NCBI GenBank assembly: GCA_965263275.1
Contig: OZ253668.1
Coordinates: 1,756,857 to 1,820,856, forward strand
Direction: 5' to 3'
DNA: 64,000 nucleotides
DNA from: Thermodesulfobacteriota bacterium
Lineage (GTDB): Bacteria; Desulfobacterota_D; UBA1144; Nemesobacterales; Nemesobacteraceae
A program made the position numbers and the translations under genes. Of this stretch, positions 18,343 through 27,439 are shown piece after piece. Each line of letters starts with the position of its first letter. The first letter of the stretch is position 1. Under the pieces are notes generated by a model, which saw nothing but the letters and a program-made list of their open reading frames with translations, had not been told where the DNA came from and did no database searches.

Positions 18343-21300
18343 CTATACATGGGCTTGGGCCGGTTTTCCCACCTTTTCCACAGCGCTTATGAGCGTTTCG
18401 TACCTGCGCTTGGGCGGGAGGGGAATACTGAGTTTCTTTTCCCGGCCAAGGTTTTCCACGTCCACAAGGCTAAGGGTCGCCGTGGTTTCTCCTATTTCGG
18501 CTTTTCTTATTAGCCTTTCCCCGAGCGCGATTCTGAGCTCCGCGATGAGAATCAGTTGTTTCAGCGGATCGGGCATAGCCCCGAACCTGTCTTCGATCTC
18601 CCCGGCAATTTCTCTTAATCCCTTGCGGTTCCTTTCCGATGATATTTTTTTGTAGTAAAAAAGCCTCTCGGAGCCGCTTTGGATGTAGTGCTCGGGAATA
18701 AACGCGTCGTCCCTTGTTTTTATTTCCGGTCTGATTTCACGAACGCGGCCCTCGCCGCTTCTTTTGCTCTCGATCGTGTCTCTTAGCAGTTCGAGATAAA
18801 ACTCAAGACCGATGTCAGCTATGTGTCCTGACTGCTTTTCTCCGAAGAGAGTGCCGGCTCCCCTTATCTGAAGGTCGGCAGTGGCGAGTTTGAAACCGCT
18901 TCCAAGGTCGGTGAGGCGGGAGAGAACTTCAAGCCTTTTTCTGGCTTCTTCCGTGAGGGAGTGCACAGATGGTATGAGGAAATAGGCGTAGGCTTTTTTG
19001 TCTGATCTTCCGACCCTGCCTTTTAGCTGATAGAGGTCGGCAAGCCCCATCGCATGCGCGTTGTTTACTATCATCGTGTTGGCTTTCGGTATGTCGAGTC
19101 CGGATTCCACTATAGCCGTCGTCACTAGCAGGTCTATTTCCCCGTTGGCAAACTGTTCTATGGTCCTTGAGAGCCGAGTTTCGTTCATGCGTCCGTGCGT
19201 TATCCCTATTGACAGTTCCGGCATGAGTTCCTGCAGAAAATTCGCCTTCTCGAATATGTCTTCTATCCTGTTGTGTATGAAAAAGACCGTGCCGTTCCTT
19301 TCGATCTCTTTTTCCACGGCTTTTTTTATAACTTCGGCATTGAACTGCTGAATATACACCTCCACCGGCTGGCGACCCTCGGGAGGAGTGTTTATTACGC
19401 TTATATCTCTTACGTCGGCTAGGGAAAGCTGCAGAGTTCTCGGGATGGGAGTTGCGGAAAGCGTGAGCACGTCAAGGGCGTTTTTCATCGATCTTATGGA
19501 TTTTTTGTGGTTCACACCGAATTTTTGTTCTTCGTCTATGACAGCGAGCCCCAGGTTCTTCAGCTTTATTTTTTTCCCGAGAAGCTTGTGCGTTCCGATT
19601 ATGAGGTCGAGGGACCCGTCTCCGAGCCTCTTTAAAATCTCTTTTTCTTTCTTGGCCGCTGTGAATCGCGACAGCATCTCGATTCTTACTGGGTAGTCTG
19701 CGAACCTCGAGGTCGCGGTTCGGTAGTGCTGGCTGGCGAGAAGAGTGGTGGGGGTGATCACCATGACCTGTTTTCCATCAAGGCATGCTTTAAAAGCGGC
19801 ACGCAGGGCCACCTCGGTTTTTCCGAACCCGACGTCTCCGCAGATAAGCCTGTCCATGGCTTTTTCGGATTCCATATCGGACATTACGTCCTCTATCGCA
19901 GCCGACTGATCCGGGGTCTCGCTCCAGGGAAACCCCATCTCGAATTCATTGAACATCTGATCCCTTGGGGAGAACCGAAAACCTTTTTCAACTTTCCTTT
20001 CCGCGCAGAGCTCGACAAGCTCGGTCGCGATTTCCTCTACGGCCCTTTTAACCCTGCCGACAGTTTTTTTCCAGTTCGCGCTTCCCAGTTTTTCAATCTT
20101 CGGTTCCCGTCCGTCTCCCATGTATTTCTGAACCAGTCTGGATTTTTCCACCGGGACAAATACCTTGTCCCCGCCCTTGTATTCGCACTCGATAAAATCA
20201 CCTTGGCGGTTCTCAAAAGAAAGTCTTTTAAGCCCCTTAAAAATTCCTATTCCGAATTCCTTGTGAACTATGTATTCTCCAGATTTTAGCTGGCTGAACG
20301 AGGTAAGAAACGCAGAGGGGATATCGCTTCCTCCAAACGGGACGCCTCGGCTTTGCGTTTTCTCAACCAGGGTTTTTTCCGTGAAAAGGGCGATTTTGAA
20401 ATCGTGAAGAACGGTGCTTTCGAAAAGCTCTCCGATTACATGTACCATCCCCTTGTCCGGGCGGTTCTGCGTTAACTTGAGGAATTTCTCCCTCTCGGCC
20501 TGCGAAGTGAAAAATACGAATACCCCGTAACTGTCTTCGATGAGTTCCTCCGCTTTGTCGATAAAGACCTTGAGCGAAGGTTTTGAAAACGATATTTCTT
20601 CGGTGCTGAATTTAAGGCTGTTTTCTTCTTCGGTGCCTATCCCAATCGCGTCCAGGTATACGAGCCTTGATTGCCTGAGTCTTTCAGTAAGTTCTTTTCC
20701 CCTGAGATAAAGTCTTTTAAACGAGGGCAGTGATTTTTCGAGTTTCCCCAAGGATTTTCTTCTGGCTTTGAATTTTCCCTCAAGTTTTAACAGCAGCGTA
20801 TTCTCGTCGAACCCGCGGGGAAGGCTTACGATGAGATCTTCCTGCGGGTAATCGAGCACGCATTGCCGCGAGTCCCAGAAAAAGGGTGTGAACCATTCGA
20901 TTCCCCTGAAATACGAGCCGTTTTCAAACGCTTCGACCAGAGGTTCCACCTCGCTTGACGTAAGTCCCTTCTTGTCAGCTCCGGTGAGTATCTGTTCGAC
21001 CAGAGCGTTTTTGTCTCTTTGGTGGTAAATGGTGAAGGAAGCCGGATTGACCACGGCTTTTTGCGTTTTTCCGATGGATTTCTGGGTTGAAGGAAAAAAC
21101 TCCCTAAGTGAATTCACCCGGTCTGCGAAAAACTCCACTCTCAGAGGATTCCGAGAGCCTGGCGAGAACAGATCCACTATCGAGCCCCGGATGCTCATTT
21201 CTCCTCTTTTTTCAGTGAAATCCGCTTCGCTGTAACCGATTCCTAATAATCTTTCCGTAAGCTCATCCCGCTCGAGCCGCATTCCTTTCTCTAAGGTGAA

Positions 21301-21720
21301 GCTTTCGGCTTCGAAGGCGCGGGGCGGAGCCAGTATCTCGACGAGGGATGCCGCGTCTGCACAGAGCACTCCCGTTTGCTTCCATCTGAAAAGAGAGTGG
21401 AGCCTCTCGGGTTCGGTGATTTCCTTTTTTTCGAAAAGGGAGCGGTTTTTTTCCATCCCTCTTGAGAGAAGAACAGGGGTTTCCATTCCCTTCAAAGAAG
21501 AGATGCTCCGCGCCGCAGCGGCGCACTGCTCTCTTTGCTCGCAGACGTGCAGCACCCTTTTGCCGGGCACTTCGGAGAGAAGCGCCAGAAGAAAATAGGG
21601 TGAATTTCCGTAAAGACCGGCAAGGTCCGTCGGTTTTTCAGGCGGGTACGCAAAGAACTTCTCCACCAGGGGGTTTTTCAGGTGGGATGAAAGTTCAATT
21701 GTTGGGTTTTTATCGTTCAC
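18343..21720 (-). CDS. mfd: Transcription-repair coupling factor
   Basis: 1125 aa. UvrB-homology N-terminus, CarD/TRCF domain, DEAD-box helicase motifs (LICGDVGFGKTEVA, DEEQKFGV, SATPIPRT), and a C-terminal TRCF domain. Confidence 0.95.
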   Translation of the reverse strand: MNDKNPTIELSSHLKNPLVEKFFAYPPEKPTDLAGLYGNSPYFLLALLSEVPGKRVLHVCEQREQCAAAARSISSLKGMETPVLLSRGMEKNRSLFEKKEITEPERLHSLFRWKQTGVLCADAASLVEILAPPRAFEAESFTLEKGMRLERDELTERLLGIGYSEADFTEKRGEMSIRGSIVDLFSPGSRNPLRVEFFADRVNSLREFFPSTQKSIGKTQKAVVNPASFTIYHQRDKNALVEQILTGADKKGLTSSEVEPLVEAFENGSYFRGIEWFTPFFWDSRQCVLDYPQEDLIVSLPRGFDENTLLLKLEGKFKARRKSLGKLEKSLPSFKRLYLRGKELTERLRQSRLVYLDAIGIGTEEENSLKFSTEEISFSKPSLKVFIDKAEELIEDSYGVFVFFTSQAEREKFLKLTQNRPDKGMVHVIGELFESTVLHDFKIALFTEKTLVEKTQSRGVPFGGSDIPSAFLTSFSQLKSGEYIVHKEFGIGIFKGLKRLSFENRQGDFIECEYKGGDKVFVPVEKSRLVQKYMGDGREPKIEKLGSANWKKTVGRVKRAVEEIATELVELCAERKVEKGFRFSPRDQMFNEFEMGFPWSETPDQSAAIEDVMSDMESEKAMDRLICGDVGFGKTEVALRAAFKACLDGKQVMVITPTTLLASQHYRTATSRFADYPVRIEMLSRFTAAKKEKEILKRLGDGSLDLIIGTHKLLGKKIKLKNLGLAVIDEEQKFGVNHKKSIRSMKNALDVLTLSATPIPRTLQLSLADVRDISVINTPPEGRQPVEVYIQQFNAEVIKKAVEKEIERNGTVFFIHNRIEDIFEKANFLQELMPELSIGITHGRMNETRLSRTIEQFANGEIDLLVTTAIVESGLDIPKANTMIVNNAHAMGLADLYQLKGRVGRSDKKAYAYFLIPSVHSLTEEARKRLEVLSRLTDLGSGFKLATADLQIRGAGTLFGEKQSGHIADIGLEFYLELLRDTIESKRSGEGRVREIRPEIKTRDDAFIPEHYIQSGSERLFYYKKISSERNRKGLREIAGEIEDRFGAMPDPLKQLILIAELRIALGERLIRKAEIGETTATLSLVDVENLGREKKLSIPLPPKRRYETLISAVEKVGKPAQAHV

Positions 21721-21745
21721 TCTCTGGGACTGGAATCATTTCTTC

Positions 21746-22816
21746 TCACAGTTCGCCGAGTATGAGAGATCCCATCTCCTCTGTGCCTACCCTTGTTTTT
21801 CCTTCCTCGTATATGTCGGATGTGCGGTAGCCGTTGTCAAGAACCTTTCTTACCGCTTGTTCAACCTGCGCGGCGGCTCCGTCCATATCAAAGGAATAAC
21901 GCAGCATCATGGCCATCGAGAGAACTGAGGCTATGGGATTCGCCACGCCTTTCCCGGCGATGTCCGGGGCGCTTCCGTGAACCGGCTCGTATATAGCTCC
22001 TTCGTTACCGACGCTTGCCGAGGGCAGCATGCCGAGGGAGCCTGTGAGCTGAGCGGCCTCGTCGCTTATTATGTCGCCGAACATGTTTCCTGCCAGCATC
22101 ACGTCGAAGTCGGCGGGCCTTCTTATAAGCTGCATCGCGGCGTTGTCCACATACAGATGCTCAAGCGTCACGTCGGGGAACTCGCGGTCGTGAAGCTCCG
22201 TGACCGTGTTTCTCCAAAGCACCATTGATTCAAGTACGTTTGATTTGTCTATCGAGGTGACCTTGTTTTTTCTTTTTCTGGCGATTTCAAACGCCATTTT
22301 CGCTACCCTTTCTATCTCGGAAGTGGTGTAATGGAGGGTGTTAAACGCCTTATACTCTTGTTCACCGAGCTGTTCGGTTCCTCTCGGATGTCCGAAATAT
22401 ATTCCGCTTGTAAGCTCCCTCACGACCATTATATCGACCCCTTCCACTACTTCCCTTTTAAGCGTGGATGCGTTGGCAAGGGCAGCATAGACGATCGCGG
22501 GCCTCAGATTCGCGAAGGTGTCTAGCTGCTTTCTGAGTTCGAGAAGCCCTCTTTCGGGTTTCAGGTGATGCTCGATATTTTCCCATTTCGGGCCGCCAAC
22601 GGCTCCGAGGAGCACCGCGTCGCTTTGTTTTGCCTTTTCTATTGTTTCTTCGGTTACGGGAACCCCGTGCGCGTCTATTGCGCATCCTCCGAGAAGATCA
22701 CTCTCAAGCGTGAACTCGACCCCGTTTCTCTCGCCCACGACCTTTAGTATGGACACGCTGACTTCGGTTACTTCAACTCCTATCCCGTCTCCCGGGATTA
22801 CTAGTACTTTAGGCAA
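21746..22816 (-). CDS. leuB: 3-isopropylmalate dehydrogenase
   Basis: MPKVLVIPGDGIGVEVT…NLRP…, a canonical decarboxylating isocitrate/isopropylmalate DH fold with LeuB-type length and motifs. Confidence 0.85.
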   Translation of the reverse strand: MPKVLVIPGDGIGVEVTEVSVSILKVVGERNGVEFTLESDLLGGCAIDAHGVPVTEETIEKAKQSDAVLLGAVGGPKWENIEHHLKPERGLLELRKQLDTFANLRPAIVYAALANASTLKREVVEGVDIMVVRELTSGIYFGHPRGTEQLGEQEYKAFNTLHYTTSEIERVAKMAFEIARKRKNKVTSIDKSNVLESMVLWRNTVTELHDREFPDVTLEHLYVDNAAMQLIRRPADFDVMLAGNMFGDIISDEAAQLTGSLGMLPSASVGNEGAIYEPVHGSAPDIAGKGVANPIASVLSMAMMLRYSFDMDGAAAQVEQAVRKVLDNGYRTSDIYEEGKTRVGTEEMGSLILGEL

Positions 22817-22927
22817 TTTCAGTTTTCCTCTGTATTTCTGATTTTTTCAGGGCATTAACCTACCTGAATGATTGTTAATTCCGAAGCCCCGTTGCTGCGC
22901 AGCAAGCGCATGGGAACCTGTACCCCT

Positions 22928-23689
22928 CTACCGGGCCACGCGGTTTACGAGCTTTCCAATCCCTTCGATCTCCACTTCCACTAAGTCCCCCGGGCTCATG
23001 GGGCTTATCCCGGAAGGAGTTCCGGTCGCTATTATGTCTCCGGGGAGAAGCGTCATAACCTTTGATATGAAGCTTACAAGCTCCGGAACGCTGAAAATCA
23101 GGTTTTTCGTGCTTGAGTTCTGTTTTACTTCGCCGTTTAGAAAAGTTTTTAAGCGAAGGTCCGCGGGGTCGCCCTCCGTTTCTATGAAAGGTCCGATCGG
23201 GGCGAACGTGTCAAACCCCTTGCCCCTTGTGAACTGTATGTCCTTTGCCTGAAGGTCTCTTGCGGTCACGTCGTTTATGCAGGTATATCCGAAAACATAT
23301 TCAAGGGCCTGCTCCCTCTCCACCATGTGGGCCTTCTTTCCTATTACGACCCCGAGCTCTCCTTCGTAATCGACTCTGCTCGACATGTGTGCAGGGTATT
23401 TTATTTCTTCTTGGTGTGCGATGACCGCTGTTGAGGGTTTCATAAACAGCATGGGGTCTTTGGGGGGAGTTCTTTTCATTTCCCTGGCGTGGTCCTCGTA
23501 ATTGAGTCCGACGGCTATGATTTTTGTCGGGAGGCATGGAGCAAGCGGTGCTATGTTCGCGTAATCGTATCTTGTGTCCGTTACCGAGTATCCGCCGAAG
23601 ATATCCCCTTTTATCTCAAAAACTGATCCGTCGAGATATTTCCCGAATACCGGTTTTTCTTCTGCGTTTTTGAACCTGAGAAATTTCAT
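22928..23689 (-). CDS. Fumarylacetoacetate hydrolase (FAH) family protein
   Basis: …KIIAVGLNYEDHAREM…PMLFMKP…GELGVVIGKKA… is the FAH/HpcE-type hydratase-isomerase signature. Confidence 0.8.
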   Translation of the reverse strand: MKFLRFKNAEEKPVFGKYLDGSVFEIKGDIFGGYSVTDTRYDYANIAPLAPCLPTKIIAVGLNYEDHAREMKRTPPKDPMLFMKPSTAVIAHQEEIKYPAHMSSRVDYEGELGVVIGKKAHMVEREQALEYVFGYTCINDVTARDLQAKDIQFTRGKGFDTFAPIGPFIETEGDPADLRLKTFLNGEVKQNSSTKNLIFSVPELVSFISKVMTLLPGDIIATGTPSGISPMSPGDLVEVEIEGIGKLVNRVAR

Positions 23690-23874
23690 CGTGTTTTGCT
23701 TAAATCCAGACTTATGTAAAAAACTTGACGAGACTTCATTTCATATTGGAATAAATACTAATTGCCAAGCAGGATACATAAATGGTGTGGAAACCAAAAT
23801 CAACTGAAGAAAAAGTTACAAGACTGCAACCCATATCTTGAATTACCATGCGTGGAATAAATACGAAATAATAT

Positions 23875-24832
23875 CTATTTCAGGTGCTTTTGCAGAAGGT
23901 CAAGTGCATCCGAGATCTCACTCATATCCGGCAAATCGCCATGGACCAGATTAGAGAACACGCCTGTATACACCACGTTCAAAGAGTTGCTCCAAGTTTC
24001 AAAATTAGAAAATAGAGGTGTATTTACTAGTGGTTCTTCAAAGCAATCGGAATGTTCAAATCCCCCTGCTTTTTCATCTTCAATACACCTGTCACACAAC
24101 GACTTAAACTCATTGCTTGCGATAAAATTCTGATATTCGTCAAGCCGTAAGACCAGGCAGATATCATAAAGATGGCGAATACGGTTCGATAGTCTGGCAA
24201 TGGGATCATCGCTGTAACTATCCTTGATAATTCCAAGCATTTTCTCAACCAGCGTACGTTTTTGGGACAGTACCTTAATCGAAAAATTTTCTAGCCCGAA
24301 CCGAGCGATTAAATCAACCCTCTTTTTTCTAATCAGGTGCTCCGCAATAAGAGTTCTTATTTTTCGTATTTCAAATGGTTCGGGGTTGGCAAATGCATTG
24401 ATTTCAATTAGCAGTTCCCGGGGGACCTGCTCAAAACCATCGTTATCAATTCTGCAAGGATATTTGTAGACCGTCCTACGGAATTTTGAACCCTTGGATT
24501 CTCGTTCGTCACCCTTAAGAGAAATGAGGTTCTGGGTAACGATGTTTTCCACATTCTTTAGCAACTTTTTTCTTTGACTGTCTCCTTTTTTACTGCTGCA
24601 AGACACAGCCAAGTCAATATCTTCGGAAAAGCGACCTATTAATCTATTATGCTTTGGACAGAGATGTTCCTCCTTTAAAGACCACACTTTCTCTGTACGG
24701 AGATTCAGATAGAAATTTAAGGGACATTGTTATCCAATAACCTTTTTCGATATAGGCATCCGGTATCCCAGCGGATTCCCCTGTGGTCTTTATCAGTTCA
24801 TTGAAGATTTCTTCGTCTTTGTGCAGATTCAT
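23875..24832 (-). pseudogene. abiEii: AbiEii/AbiGii-family nucleotidyltransferase toxin, disrupted by a 1-nt frameshift
   Basis: N-fragment (24647-24832) ends …VVFKGGTSLSKA*. C-fragment (23875-24687) continues in the -1 frame as …NRLIGRFSEDIDLAV… Together these give the AbiEii hallmark GGT.L.......R.SEDIDL. Inserting one base near 24647-24650 restores SKAYNRLIGRFSEDIDL. Confidence 0.75.
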
Positions 24833-25557
24833 TACCTAATGTTCCACTCTCTGGACTCCAGCCACCGAGACTGATCCAGTTTCAGCTTATAAGTTGTTAA
24901 GGGATTTAGGGAGAGTGCCAGGCTGTCTGGCACTGATAGTTGCAAACTTGAAAAAAGCAGACAAATCAGAGCCCTGACTCTAGGAGGGTAGTAATCTTTT
25001 GCTAAAGACGCGAGCCGCAACCGCTCGAGACTGGATAATTCTGATATGCGGCGACGTATGATCTCCAGAGAGATATCTATGTCCGAGTCCTGTATCTTCC
25101 TTATGTCTTTCAGAGCGTCCAGATATTGCAGAAGCGGCACATCCTTTTCCTTTACAGGGATACGGCTCACCACGGTATCAATTCGGATTGTGCCGAATTC
25201 CTTTTTCTGGTGACTGCCTTTGCAGGCAACGGTGACTACGCGGGACATCTGGGTAGTAAGCCCTAACCAGTTATAGAGATACGGGCCGGTGACATAGCCG
25301 CACAGACGGCCGTCCTTATATAACATTGAACGAATAATCTCTCCGTCTGAAGGTCTCATGGGGCCCAGAAGTCCCTTTTTAGATACATAGAAATGTCCCT
25401 TGGAAAAACGTTCAATTTCTCCGTCTGAAACCATTCTGTTTACTGCCTTGATAACTGCGCCCGGAGATTTTAAATAATCCGGCAGTTCTCGATAGCTGAA
25501 TATCCGCCCGGCGGGCATTTCTTCAATGCTTTTCCGTACCGCCCTCGCAATGCTCAT
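24832..25557 (-). CDS. abiEi: AbiEi-like antitoxin / transcriptional regulator (type IV TA, abortive infection)
   Basis: 241 aa. Its stop overlaps the abiEii start (operon order antitoxin then toxin). N-terminal winged-helix-like region MSIARAVRKSIEEMPAGRIFSYRELPDYL typical of AbiEi/DUF6088 proteins. Confidence 0.6.
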   Translation of the reverse strand: MSIARAVRKSIEEMPAGRIFSYRELPDYLKSPGAVIKAVNRMVSDGEIERFSKGHFYVSKKGLLGPMRPSDGEIIRSMLYKDGRLCGYVTGPYLYNWLGLTTQMSRVVTVACKGSHQKKEFGTIRIDTVVSRIPVKEKDVPLLQYLDALKDIRKIQDSDIDISLEIIRRRISELSSLERLRLASLAKDYYPPRVRALICLLFSSLQLSVPDSLALSLNPLTTYKLKLDQSRWLESREWNIR

Positions 25558-25688
25558 GTGTGTCTCCTTGGTATTAAAACTACAGAACTCTTTAAAATAT
25601 GCAAGTTTTTACTTCTAAAAACATGACATATTCCGAAACCAAAAACTCCCTGTCCCTCTCTACCGGTAAGATTTACTCGGCCACGAAC

Positions 25689-26426
25689 TCAGTAGACGAC
25701 TTTTTTAAGAAAAAGTCCCTGGGGAGGAGCGGTGAAAACGTTTTTCGTCTTCCGTCCTTCGGCGAGTATCTGCCCGAATCCCTCCGGGGTGAGTTTTCCC
25801 TTTCCCGTTTCCACCAGGGTTCCGGTTATCATTCTCGCCATTCTTTTCAAAAACCCTTCCGCCTCTATTTCAACCAGGATTATTCCTTCGCGGGTTTTTT
25901 TAATGTGAACCCGTTTTACGGTGCGCACTGTGCTTTTCACCGTTATATCGGCCGTGGCGAAAACGGAAAAATCATGTGTTCCCTCAAGATAGGCGGCGGC
26001 TTCTTTCATTTTCCCCGTATCAAGCTTCCCCGGGATATGCCATACCCTGTTTCTCTGCAGGGCGGGGGGGTGTAGCCTGTTGAAAATCCTGTATTCGTAT
26101 GCCTTGCTCCGGGAGCTGAACTGTGCATGAAAACCCTCGGGGACCTCTCGGGCTTTTATGATGGATATGTCCCGGGGAAGGGTGGAATTTAACGCTTTTC
26201 TCAGGGTCTCGGTATCCATTTGGGTTTCGGTAAAAAAACTGGCCACCTGGCCCAGGGCGTGCACGCCCGCGTCCGTTCTGCCCGAACCTGCTATTTTCAC
26301 ATTCTCTTTGGTGATTTGGCGGATGGCGTCTTCTATAGTCTTCTGTACGGTGGGAAGATTCCCCTGGCATTGCCAGCCGTGGTAATCCGTGCCGTCATAC
26401 TCGACAATTATCTTTACGTTTTTCAT
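25689..26426 (-). CDS. truA: tRNA pseudouridine(38-40) synthase
   Basis: MKNVKIIVEYDGTDYHGWQCQ…GSGRTDAGVHALGQVASF is canonical TruA with the catalytic Asp in RTDAGVHA. Confidence 0.92.
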   Translation of the reverse strand: MKNVKIIVEYDGTDYHGWQCQGNLPTVQKTIEDAIRQITKENVKIAGSGRTDAGVHALGQVASFFTETQMDTETLRKALNSTLPRDISIIKAREVPEGFHAQFSSRSKAYEYRIFNRLHPPALQRNRVWHIPGKLDTGKMKEAAAYLEGTHDFSVFATADITVKSTVRTVKRVHIKKTREGIILVEIEAEGFLKRMARMITGTLVETGKGKLTPEGFGQILAEGRKTKNVFTAPPQGLFLKKVVY

Positions 26427-26443
26427 TTTTTGTCTGCGTTTGA

Positions 26444-27379
26444 TCAGGCGACCGGTTCCTGTTTCTTAAGCTCTATCCTTGGATCAAGAATGGCGTAGAG
26501 AAGGTCGACAATGAGATTCGCTATTACGAGCAGAAGCGCGTAGATGATGGTTATTCCGAGCACAACGGAGTAATCCCTGTTCGCCACGGCGAAGACGAAA
26601 AACCTTCCCATTCCCGGTATCGCGAATATATGCTCGACGACAAACGATCCTGTTACCAGATAGGCAGTCAGGGGGCCGAGAACAGTTACGACCGGTACCA
26701 TGGCGTTTCTCAGTATGTGCTTTGTGAATATCTTTGTTCTTCCAAGCCCCTTTGCTCTGGCGGTTCTTACGAAAAGCTGTCCCGACACGTCAAGCATATT
26801 GGAGCGGACAAGCCTTGATATATAAGCGAACGGAGCTAAGCTCAGGGTCAACGCGGGAAGAACTATGTGTTTGGGTTCTCCCCAGAGGGCCGCTGGCAGA
26901 ACTCCCCATTTAACAGAGAAAAAATATATGAGCGCCGCTCCCACGACGAAGCTTGGAACCGATACCAGGGAAGTGGAGATCAGCACAGAAGCGATGTCGT
27001 GGATGCTTCTTGGGAACAGCGAGGAGATCATACCGACCACAGTTCCCATGAAAAACGCGAACAGCAGGGAAACGAAACCGAGCCCCATTGAAACCGGCAG
27101 GGTTTTTTTGATTATGTCAGTAACTGCTCTGTCGTTGTATTTGTAGGAAGGTCCGAAGTCCCCGCGAGCCAGATTTCCCATGTAGATGAAGTATTGTTTG
27201 TGCAGCGGCTTGTCCATGTGATATTTCTTCTCGATATTCTCGAGTATGTGCGGGGGGATGCTTTTCTCCGTGTCGAAAGGACCTCCGGGAAGCACCCTGA
27301 GGAGAAAGAAGGTTATGCTCGCGACCGCGAGGATCACAACTGCTCCGGTCAGTATTCTAAAGAAAAGGAATTTAAGCAT
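26444..27379 (-). CDS. ABC transporter permease, OppB/DppB type (orphan: no cognate OppACDF nearby)
   Basis: LPGGPFDTEK…YHMDKPLHKQYF…GDFGPSYKY (OppB N-terminus) and six TM segments with the EAA-like loop …RTARAKGLGRTKIFTKHILRNA. Confidence 0.8.
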   Translation of the reverse strand: MLKFLFFRILTGAVVILAVASITFFLLRVLPGGPFDTEKSIPPHILENIEKKYHMDKPLHKQYFIYMGNLARGDFGPSYKYNDRAVTDIIKKTLPVSMGLGFVSLLFAFFMGTVVGMISSLFPRSIHDIASVLISTSLVSVPSFVVGAALIYFFSVKWGVLPAALWGEPKHIVLPALTLSLAPFAYISRLVRSNMLDVSGQLFVRTARAKGLGRTKIFTKHILRNAMVPVVTVLGPLTAYLVTGSFVVEHIFAIPGMGRFFVFAVANRDYSVVLGITIIYALLLVIANLIVDLLYAILDPRIELKKQEPVA

Positions 27380-27439
27380 TACTTCGTTACCGGGACTTCA
27401 TCCGCTGTTCTCAGTGCTTGCTCGCTATATGTCCGAAGC

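Noticed and set aside
22880-22899. Perfect palindrome cgttgctgcgcagcaagcg between leuB and the FAH gene as a terminator
   Set aside because: It forms a good hairpin but has no adjacent U-tract on either strand. It could equally be a protein-binding palindrome, so it is not called.
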